NCBI GenBank assembly: GCA_963797975.1
Contig: CAWCRH010000003.1
Span: forward strand, 71,099-135,098
DNA: 64,000 nt
Source of the DNA: an uncultured Thermoplasmata archaeon
GTDB taxonomy: Archaea > Thermoplasmatota > Thermoplasmata > Lutacidiplasmatales > UBA184
Direction of reading: 5' to 3'
In this document: positions 46,575 to 55,874 of the stretch, piece by piece
Position numbering within the stretch: position 1 is the first letter of the stretch
Layout of the letters: every line of letters starts with the position of its first letter
The notes under the pieces: generated by a model
The model's input: the letters and a program-made list of their open reading frames with translations, nothing else
Databases searched by the model: none
What the model was told of the DNA's origin: nothing
Made by a program: the position numbers and the translations under genes

Positions 46575-49176
46575 TCATGTCTGTGGGGGTGGCCTCGAAA
46601 TCCGCCTGCGCCAAAGATACGCAGCGACCACAGCCGCCGCAATCACTGCCGCACCCAATCCGACCCCGAGGTAGAGCCAAGGGATTCCGCTGGGTGGATT
46701 GGCCGTGAAGTAGACGGGCATGGCCACCGAAAAACCGTTCACGCGAATCGTTCCAGTGCTATCGTTCGTCGCGTATCCCGCGATACCGGGGATTGAGAAC
46801 GCGTACGAACCATTCGCCAGGGAAGGGAACGTGATGGTCGCGGATGTGGAGGTCTTGATGCTACCGCTCATGTTGACGGACCAGTTCGTTCCCGGTGGCA
46901 ACCCGATCTCTTGGAAGGTTGCGGCATAGGTGAACGGTTCGAAGCGAACGAGCGTGGTGGTGTTCCCCCTGACGTCGACGTTTCCGAGGTACGTCGTGGT
47001 ATAGCCCAGGACCGGAGTCACCGAATAGGAGTACGTTCCGTTTGGCTTGGAAAAGACGATGGGCGAAGGGGCCGCAGCGGACTCTTGAACTCCGCTCAGC
47101 GTTACTGACCACGGGGAACCGGGAAGCTAGTCCCGTTTCCGAGAAATCCACTGAATATGCCGGTGGAGGATACTGCAGGATGCTGAGATTTCCTGATCCG
47201 AGATTCGCCGCGTAGGCGCTTCCGGTGGCCGAATCGTATGCAATGGCAATCGGCGACAACCCCGCGCTAAGCGTCCCAATCACTTGCCTTGCGCTTGCGT
47301 TTACGACCGTCACGTCACTGCCATCGTAATTGGAGACGAGGATCTGGTCCTCGTTCGGAACGTATGCTATCCCGAATGGAGCCCCACCGACCGCTACGGT
47401 AGCGATGACGGATTGGGAAGAGGCAGAGATGACACTCACGTTTCCCGAGTCTCTTCCAGAAACGAATACCTCGTTTGCCTCGCCGTCGTAAGCCAGTTCC
47501 ACTGGAGATGAACCAAAAGGCAGGTTGATCGTCCCTAGGACCGTAAGGTTAGACATAGAGACAATCGAGACGCTGTCATTGTTGAGATTCGTTACGAAGA
47601 GTTCCTGGTCCGTTTCATCGATAGCGATGGCCGACGGTGTCAGTCCAACTCTTGCCGTTCGCACCACACTGAGACTCTCCCCCGAGATGGCATCTACCTC
47701 GTTGGCTCCCCAACAGGCAACGTATACAGTGTTTGTCGAGTTGTCGTAAGTTACTCCGATGGGTGTCGACCCCACGGCAATTGTCGCGACGGAATTCAGG
47801 CTTTCCACCGAGAGGACGGAGACCGTGCTATCGGCCGAGTTCGTGACGAAGACATCCCGGGTCCGCGTGTCGTAGGCGACTCCCTGGGGTTGGAGACCCA
47901 CGGGAACCGAATTGACCACCGTTCGGTTCTGAGCTGATAGCTCGTATAGGTGATCCGCACCAACCGCGAATACGAAACCGTCCGGACCATCGTATGCCAC
48001 AGCCATGGGCGAAGCGGCGAGACTTACATTCTCCAACACGCGCAATGAGGCGGCATCAACGACTGTCAGGGACTGCGAATCAAGGTTGGTGACGTAGACC
48101 GCGCCGTTCGCGGGGTCGTAAACTGTCTCGTGTGGATAGGCCCCCATCGGGATCGTCGTTACGATGGCGAAGGTAGTTGTGCTTATTCCGACGAGGGTGT
48201 TCGAAGAGGGGTCCGTCACGAAGACCAGACGGTCGCTGGAGTCGTAAGTGATTCCCCAGACAGATTGCGTTGCCGAGCTGCCAACGGTAAAACTGGCAAT
48301 CTGTGATCCGTTATAACCATCGAGGACGAGCACGCTCGGAAGCCCAGAGTCTGGAATCCACGTGAGATCAACTGTGTCCGCAGCGACATCGCAGGCGATT
48401 CGGAACGGCCCTAAGTCATCTCTCGCGCTGGGCACCCATGTCCATGCGCTCGTGTGGTTGGATGGGAAGAAACTGGTGACATACCCGAACGGCTCAACTC
48501 CATACAGACCAGACACGACGAGCTGATTGGTGTCCGGGTTGTAGGCGATTGCTCCAGGAAAGGGAAGGTACGAGAAGGATGAGGTGACTTCGTGGGTGGA
48601 TTGGTTGATAACGTCGATTCCGCCGGACTCGAAGTTGGTTACATAAACATCGCCGTCTACTGGGTCGTACGCGATACCTGAGGGGTCGTCTCCGACGGCA
48701 ATCCGCGCATCGATGGTCAGGTTTGCTGCCGATATGACGACGACTTGGTCCGCCCATGTAGAAACATAAGCCTCCTGGGTTACGTTATCGAACGCAATCG
48801 CTAGGGGCGCGCCGCTCGCTCCGAGGTTGATAGTTGCGAGGATCTGATTAGTAGTCGATGAGACCACATCAACGTAGTACGGATCGAGGCCAACGAAAAT
48901 CTCCGACGCTCCATCGTCTACGGCTAAGGCATCCGGGCTCGTACCTGCCGGACCGATGGAGATGTTCCCTTCGACAACGGGAACGGTTGGTGGTAATGCC
49001 TCTGGGGCGGCATTCACTTGTGATGCGGCTACGAGGGCGGGTTCATCGAGGTGGGTTGATACACACAAGACCGCAACAAAGGCGGTCGCCAGCAGCACAC
49101 TGAGAACCAGCGAGGCCCATTGAACCGATTCTCCGGAGCTCGTCATTCTTCCTCTCTGTGACCATGGCCTTCCCAT
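46575..49176 (-). CDS. Membrane-anchored surface protein: YVTN/YncE beta-propellers, thermopsin-like Ig repeats and a C-terminal TM; frameshift near 47120
   Basis: N-terminal hydrophobic segment, ~14 I.VG..P.GIAYD....VYVTN repeats, F.E.GL..G..WSV repeats, terminal TM followed by RRR. Confidence 0.85.
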
Positions 49177-49241
49177 TACCTAACTACTGGACTCGTTCGC
49201 AAAGTTCGACGCTGAACCCTGCACGCACGGTCTGCGCTAAT

Positions 49242-50409
49242 TCAGATATAACCTCTGGTCGGTCCTGCCGTCACCAGGAACTCCGCCCATCCTGAGGATG
49301 GGCCGAGGTATGTTGTGCTCATGAAACCTACTGTTCTGTACAGCTTGGAGGGGGTTTGGAATTGAGGTGTCACTGAGGGTTCGAGATTAAGTGCTATCGA
49401 ATTCCCATTGACTTTGAGTGTCGAGAAGGTTGCCGCAGCAAAGACAGGCACTCCCTGACCGACATATCCAGTTGGGGACTCGCCACCCCACTCGACCGTG
49501 TGGGTATCGGGGGACCATGTTTCGGATCCTTGCAAGGTCTTGTTCGTATTCAGGTTCTCGAATGAATAGGAGCTAACCCCTCCGGAAGTGCTCACGGTCA
49601 CGAGTAGACGGTTCCCAAGATGAACGGTTAGATTCGTCGACTCGTTCCATTGCGCACAGTTATGTGTGGTGTACTGGCAACCGGTGCCCAGGGCCTCGAA
49701 GACGGGGTTTACGATTGTAAAACGACTATTGTTGACGATGTAAACGCCGGCCTGCCAAAAGGGGGTTTGCGTACTCGTGCCGTCCCCTCCTATACCAACC
49801 CAAAAGGCGAGTGAGCCGGCGGATGTAACCGAAGCTGGAAGCTTGATGATGGCAGAAACGCTCGTGAACGAGCTCCCAGTGACCACGTACGCCGCCCAAG
49901 CGCTGCCAGCACCGTACGCACCGTTGGCAACTGGGCAAAGACCGAGCGTTCCCCCTGCCGACCCGACAGTGAGGATCGTATTTTGGGTGGTGAGATTCTC
50001 GACCGACACGCCGGAAGTTGTCCACTGACCGAAGCTGTAGTTCGTCTCTCCGGCCACGTTGGTGGCGTACCCGGTCGCGCTTATCGGATAACTGTACCCG
50101 CGCGCTAGAGTCACTGTTTGACCGTTGGCGAAGTTCCAGCCGGCGACTTGAACGCGAGCCGCGCTGGACCCGGGCGTGAGATCAGCCCCCACCAAAATAC
50201 TGACCTGGGTTGCAGGCCCAACATTGAGCGTTAGGGTCGACCTGTATTGACCATTGGAGGATGGCACTTGCACGGTCAAGGTGGCGTTGAAGGATTGCGC
50301 ATTCGAAAGCGACGACAAGCCGGTTGCGGTCCAGTCACCGAAACCGTAACCTGATTTCGGACTTTCCTGCAGAGTGAAAGTGCACGACGGTGCCGTGTCG
50401 CATAGGTCA
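49242..50409 (-). pseudogene. 3' part of an IS701-disrupted secreted protein with a C-terminal peptidase G1 (glutamic peptidase) domain
   Basis: WAAYV, FWVGIGG, WQAGV, FEAL, VEWGGESP motifs; fuses in frame with 52153-52826 after IS removal. Confidence 0.75.
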
Positions 50410-50413
50410 TAGG

Positions 50414-52152
50414 CACTACTTTGGCGGAATTTGGTCGGTTCTGACGTGATTTTCGATACTCGCTGACGCACCCTTACATCCTCTATTGGACTCGCCTACA
50501 CCACCGACGCGTTTCTCCTGAAAGCGAACATTAAAACCGGCCCTCCGCGCCCGGGGGAGCGTGGGTTCCCATCGCCCCCGACCGAGGGCCGCTTCGCTCT
50601 CTCGGTTGCAAGCCCACATTCAACGGATCGGGATCGGTGGACCCTTCCGTGACACGCCCCGAGAACGGAGCCGCCGTGCGCTCGCCCTCCACTACACGCT
50701 GGGCCTGCTCCTCCCCGGCGAGCGCAAGAGCATGCAGCCCTCGATCGCCCGCGTTCCGGACGCCCGCTACGAGGCGATCCAGAACTTCATCACCAACTCC
50801 CCCTGGGATTGGCGAGAGACCCAAGCTCGCCTGCTGGACCTCATGACCGACGAGCTCGGCTCCCCCCGGGGTATCCTGATCCTCGATGATGTGCCCCTGG
50901 TCAAGAAGGGGCGCAAGAGCCCCGGCGTTTCTCGCCAATATTGTGGCGTCACCGGGACGGTCGACAATTGCCAGGCGGTGGTAGACCTGTTCTACCTTCG
51001 CCCAGGGGGCGGCGCGAACCGGGAGTCCGTTGGGTTCTGCTTCGCCCTGGACCTCTACCTCCCCAAGGCTTGGACCGAGAATCCCGAGCGATGTCGGGAG
51101 GCGGGGATTCCCCTTCCCGTAACCTTTCGAGAGAAGTGGCGCATCGGCCTGGAGCAGCTCGACCGAGCGCGAGCCCAGGGAGTCCCTCACCGCATGGTCC
51201 TGGCGGACTGCGGTTATGGAGATGCCCAGGAGTTCCGCGCCGAACTGCGTCGACGAGGGGAGGCGTACATGATGGAGGTCACGGCCAGCGAGGTACGCGT
51301 GGTCTCCCCGACCGTGCCGGTGTACCACGCCGGGGATTACCTCCCGGGACGACGAGGCCACCGTCGACTGGGCCGCCCCCACATCCCGGATGGAGTGGCC
51401 ACCCTCAGCGCGAAGTCGCTGGCCGGCGAGGCGCGGGACTGGGTTACGATCCGATGGGGCGAAGGTACGAAGGGCCCCTTGGAGGGGCGGTTCACGAGAC
51501 GGAAGGTCCGGGTGTGTCGGCTGGACCGGGTTCCCACGGAAGAGATTGTGTGGCTCCTGATGGAGGACCACCCGGAGGGGCTCCGATCGTGGATCTGTTG
51601 GGGATTGAACAAGGCGAGCCTGGAGGAGCAGGCCGCCATCGCCCACGGTCGATGGGCGATCGAGCGGTTCCACGAGGAGGCGAAGATGGAACTCGGGATG
51701 GACCACTTCGAGGGAAGGAAGTGGTCGGGGCTAAACCACCACCTGACGATGGTGTTGATCGCCCACACGTTTCTGGTGCTGGAGCAACAGCGCGCCGAGC
51801 GGATGGGTCTGATGGAGGGCGAAGCCCTCCCTACGCTGGCCGAGATGCGCCGTCGGACGGTGTTCGAGGTGGCGTGGGCGCTGGCGTCTCGAACCGCCCT
51901 GGAGAGAACCAAACGGGAGCGGCTGAGGTGGGCCTGGGCGATCGCCACCTATTGGGCGGGCGCCGGATAGCGACGGTCAGGGCCCGATGGAGGGCCGGGT
52001 CATGCTCGGTTGACGGGAACCCCATCGCTCAGGGCAACCGGGGCGACCGTTCGCATGTGCGAACGGATGTACGGCATCGTACGCGGAGAAGGGGTGATAG
52101 GGCCAGAGGGAGACTTGGATGAACGCGATGAACTCATTCCGCCAAAGTAGTG
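50414..52152 (+). mobile_element. IS701-family insertion sequence
   Basis: Perfect 17-bp terminal inverted repeat CACTACTTTGGCGGAAT; 4-bp target duplication TAGG at 50410-50413 and 52153-52156. Confidence 0.95.
50561..51970 (+). CDS. IS701 transposase
   Basis: Y..GLL...ERKS, SPWD, LILDD...KKG..S.GV.RQYCG..G.VDNCQ, ADCGYG, RWAIE.F.EE.K.ELG.DHFEGR.W. Confidence 0.95.
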   Translation: MGSHRPRPRAASLSRLQAHIQRIGIGGPFRDTPRERSRRALALHYTLGLLLPGERKSMQPSIARVPDARYEAIQNFITNSPWDWRETQARLLDLMTDELGSPRGILILDDVPLVKKGRKSPGVSRQYCGVTGTVDNCQAVVDLFYLRPGGGANRESVGFCFALDLYLPKAWTENPERCREAGIPLPVTFREKWRIGLEQLDRARAQGVPHRMVLADCGYGDAQEFRAELRRRGEAYMMEVTASEVRVVSPTVPVYHAGDYLPGRRGHRRLGRPHIPDGVATLSAKSLAGEARDWVTIRWGEGTKGPLEGRFTRRKVRVCRLDRVPTEEIVWLLMEDHPEGLRSWICWGLNKASLEEQAAIAHGRWAIERFHEEAKMELGMDHFEGRKWSGLNHHLTMVLIAHTFLVLEQQRAERMGLMEGEALPTLAEMRRRTVFEVAWALASRTALERTKRERLRWAWAIATYWAGAG

Positions 52153-52826
52153 TAGGTGAGTATCTGGTTTGAGCAAGTTGCGAGGTGTACCCCGCCAGCG
52201 CCCAGGACTGTTATCGCTCCGCTTATGCACACCAACGTGACAAAATTACCTGGGATTATGTTAGGCGGTGGTGCGGGGCACTCGGCAGCGTCGCTACCGA
52301 AGCCGGAAGAATCGGAGGTGTCGTTGACGAAGGTGTTGTTCGACCAGGTATTGCCAGCGAATGTGTTGTTCACCAGGGTGTCATTGACGAAGGTGTTGTT
52401 GACGAACGTGTTGTTGGTGAATGTGCCGTTTGAAAAGGTATCGTTGGAGAGGTTGCTGTAAGAGAAAGTGTTGTTAAAGAAGACGTTGTTCGAGAACGTG
52501 TCGTTGAACATTGTGACGTAAGCAAGGGTGTCATTCAGAAAGGTGTTGTTGTAAAATGTAGCGTTGGGATATGCGTTGTAAGAGAACGTGCTGTTGGAGA
52601 ACGTAGTGTTGGAGATCAACTCCCCAGGGGTTTCGTTGGAAGCAGGCGGACCCCCGATACAGTCAGGATGCACGCCAGCCGCCGACGCCAGAGCGAAACC
52701 GGCCGTCTCGCCACTCGCCGAATTTGGGACATGGCCGATGACCGCGGCAGATGGAACGAGCATCGTGATCGAGATGAGCAAGATCACTCCGGTTCGCAGC
52801 GAGACCCGACTTCGCCCGTCTTGCAT
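52153..52826 (-). pseudogene. 5' part of the IS701-disrupted secreted protein: signal peptide and N-x-T-F pentapeptide repeats
   Basis: Hydrophobic N-terminus; ~20 repeats of the (S/V/F)NNTF/NDTF type. Confidence 0.8.
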
Positions 52827-53505
52827 GGTCGCATTTTTATGTTGTCGTTGGGTCTATCTGAACGTTCTGTAAAGATTCGTAAACGCAACATTCAACGTCT
52901 AGGAAATGACTATAATATTCTCCGTTCCACAGCCCCGGTTCCAGAGCGTGTCTGAACTGCAACCGTTCCCGACAACGAAGGCGCAGGGTCAGGCCTGCGC
53001 ATTCGTCCTCGTTCTGTTTGTGCGCTACCTGAGGCTTGCATATGTCCAGGCTCAGATCGCAAATCAGCCGATGAATCAAGGGGCCCCCGGGTCGACCGAT
53101 CAATTCCCGCTCATGCGGATTCTGCTTCGTCGAGCCCAATGACCGACGGGGAGTCACCCTGGCACTTCGATGCTTGCATCGACTCCGCGAGCTCGGCCCC
53201 CGCCGCAACCAGTTACCCGCGTTGTACGACGCCGAAGGAGGATTCGCGGTCGGGAGCTCCAGAGTCGCGCGCCTCACTCAAACCTCCACGGTCACCCGAG
53301 GATGCACCAGGGAAGTTGCCGTGGTCGACGACGGCCCTGGAGCCTGAGAACAGAACCGTTATGGTCAGGGGCGAGGGCGGGCGTGGCCCTGGTCGCCTGG
53401 GATTCCCCCCTCACGGCTCCCGTTTCCGCGCTCTAATCGGACCCGATTCCCACGGATGTGGGCTCGGGCAACGTTGAAGTAGCGGGTACAGCCTCCGCGC
53501 TTACC

Positions 53506-53940
53506 GTGGCGAGGGACGATCCGTCATCTGGCTTGCATGCCGACGAGACGGTTTTGGAGTACGCAGTCCGGAGCCGGCTCGGACGGACTGAGATTAAGGA
53601 ACTGCTCGAACGGCTCGGCGAGCCGACCTCTGGTGGCCGCGACGAGACGGCCGAGCGCCTCCTTGGAACTCCCGGGCTAAAGTTGAAGGATGTCCTCGAC
53701 CGCCTCGAGCTCGACGACCTCAAGGTGGTTCAGCGTCGGTTCGATGTCCCCGCCCCGAAGCCTTCCGGGTTCGGCATCTTTACCAACGAGAAGAAGGACC
53801 TGGTTGAGGCGATATCGAAGGCGGCGGCCAGGGATCGTTATCCCGCGCCGAAGGGGGCATCCCACGCGGCCGCCTCAATTCCCGGTCCGCTCGCGATAGC
53901 CGCCACTTCACCGCCGCTAGTTCGAGAGTCGCGGGCTAGG
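53506..53940 (+). pseudogene. 5' part of an IS481-disrupted gene with SAP/HEH-like helical motifs (start uncertain: 53458 or 53506)
   Basis: LGRTEIKELLERLGEPTSGGRDETAERLL resembles a SAP motif; fuses in frame with 54965-55438. Confidence 0.65.
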
Positions 53941-54958
53941 TGTGGTGTAGCAGGACATCTGACCGGCTGAATTGTCAGGACATATGACCGGCCCCGGGAA
54001 GGGGTCAACTTGGTCAGAGAAGATGTTCGCCTCCGTCTGCAAGTCGTCAAACAACACTTGGAGCAGGGAATCCGGTCCTCGAACGTCTGCAAGGTCTTTG
54101 GAATCTCCGAGAGTACTCTGCGTCGCTGGTGCCGAAACTACCGAGAGGAAGGGGTAGAGGGGCTCCGCAACGAGTCGCGGCGTCCTCACCGAAGCCCCAA
54201 CCGAATCCACGGAAACCTCGCCAACCGCATCCTCCAGGTGAGGCGACAGCACCCGGCCTGGGGCGCGCTACGAATCCACGCCGTGCTGAGGAGGAAGGGC
54301 ACTTCGGTGAGTGCCAGCACAGTCCACCGTCTCCTGAAGAAGCACGGCTTCCTGGTCCGCATCGTCAAGAAACCCAAGCCGTTCAAGCGGTTCCAGCGGC
54401 GCCACGTGGACTCGCTCTGGCAGATGGATGTCTACGAGTTCCGCATCGGTGGGGTGGAAGGGAAAGTGTATGTCCACACCATACTGGACGATCGCTCTCG
54501 CTTCCTCGTCATGGCTCGGGCCTACCGGCGGGAACGTACCCGAGAAGCCACGAACAACCTCTGGTGGGCCATCAAGGGCGGGAGGAAGCCCAAGGCGGTC
54601 TACGTGGACAATGGGAGTTGCTTCATCTCGAGGGAGTTCCGCCGGTTCTGCGAGGAACGGAAGATCCAGGTGATCTACGGAAGGCCGTACAACCCCAGGG
54701 GCCGAGGGAAGCTGGAACGGTTCCACGGAACCCTGACCCAGGAGCTCGTGGGTCGCGTTCACTTCCGTTCTCTCGGGCACTTCCGCCGACAGCTCTACTG
54801 GTGGCGGGGTCAGTGACAATCGTCGTCGGATCCATGGAGGGATTGGATGGCAGACCCCCGCCGAGGCATACAACGACCGGAAGCTGATGAGCCGGAAGAG
54901 GTTGAGGCCGGTCACATCTCTTGACAAGTTAGGCGGTCAAATCTCCTGACACACTACA
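53941..54958 (+). mobile_element. IS481-family insertion sequence
   Basis: TGT...ACA ends with an imperfect ~25-bp inverted repeat plus an internal second copy; 6-bp target duplication GCTAGG at 53935-53940 and 54959-54964. Confidence 0.93.
54010..54949 (+). CDS. IS481 transposase, frameshift near 54814
   Basis: HTH, SRRPH.SP, WQMD, LDD.SRF, VDNG, P...GK.ERFH.TL; YN..R.H.GI...TP continues after removing one G. Confidence 0.88.
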
Positions 54959-54964
54959 GCTAGG

Positions 54965-55438
54965 GAGCCGCCCGCCGGAGTGATGCCACGACCGCCTCCC
55001 GGTGCGAAGAGCCCTACACCATCCGGTTCGCCCCCGTCGTTCGGTGACGTCGAAGGGTTCGTGGAGGCGTACCGCTTCCGTTCCAGGTGGCCCACCGAGG
55101 CTCACTACGAGGCGGAGCTTTATGGGGCACTCACCGCACGCTACGGCGAGGAGTACGTCCAACGACAGGAACGCAGGACGAGCGGAATCCCGGACATCAC
55201 GGTCAAGGCGTCGGTGGAGCCATCTGGTAGCATCCCGACCTACATCGAAATGAAGGTCCCACTCAACCCCGGGCAGGTGCGTGGGATCGAAGAACAGGTC
55301 CGGCGGTACGTCGAGGGAGGCATCACCAACCTGATCGTCGTCCTCATCGGGTATGAGTTGCAATCAGTAGCACCACTCGATGACCTCGTTCCTCGGTTGC
55401 AGTCACTCGGGGCAAGGGTCGCTCGGAAGTCCCGATAG
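54965..55438 (+). pseudogene. 3' part of the IS481-disrupted gene: PD-(D/E)XK nuclease domain
   Basis: E..Y..EL...L, IPDITV, IEMK, EQVRRY motifs. Confidence 0.7.
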
Positions 55439-55581
55439 GCGCTCGCGCCGTCCCCAGCGCCGGCGGTTACGAGACGGTTCGGGCCGGACCGGGCGGGAAG
55501 AGCTGGCCCCTTCCCGACCATCGGCTGGGAGACAACGGATGAGTCAAGGATGCAAGAGTATTCGTTAGCCAAGCCTAACGC

Positions 55582-55597
55582 ATCCCAGCACGGGCGT
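55582..55597 (+). repeat. attR: copy of the tRNA-Arg 3' end
   Basis: Identical to 40632-40647. Confidence 0.9.
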
Positions 55598-55874
55598 TCC
55601 CCCTCCTGGGAGCACGAGGGCGCGATGGATCGGGGTTACCTCACGGTGCCGATACCACCGTGCCGCCGACGTCCGATCGCAGGGTTCGCGAACGACAACC
55701 GCCGAGCTCATTTTCTTCCGAAGGCTCTAAAGAATCGATGCCGGAACTGACCGGGGCCGTGAACGACCGAGAGCCCGGAGACCCTGCGGCGCGGGGGCCC
55801 GCCGGATTCGGTTTAGTCGGCTTGACCTCGGGCTCTTGTCCCCGCGTCCGTTGTCCCTAACCGGGGGCCGTTCG

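Larger units (their letters stand above)
40632..55597. mobile_element. ~15 kb integrative element inserted in the 3' end of tRNA-Arg(GCG)
   Basis: 16-bp direct repeat ATCCCAGCACGGGCGT at 40632-40647 and 55582-55597; integrase adjacent to attL; cargo with lower GC; four IS elements. Confidence 0.9.

Noticed and set aside
52840-53450. Short ORFs between the peptidase and nuclease genes
   Set aside because: No recognisable motifs and inconsistent frames; probably promoter DNA plus decayed sequence
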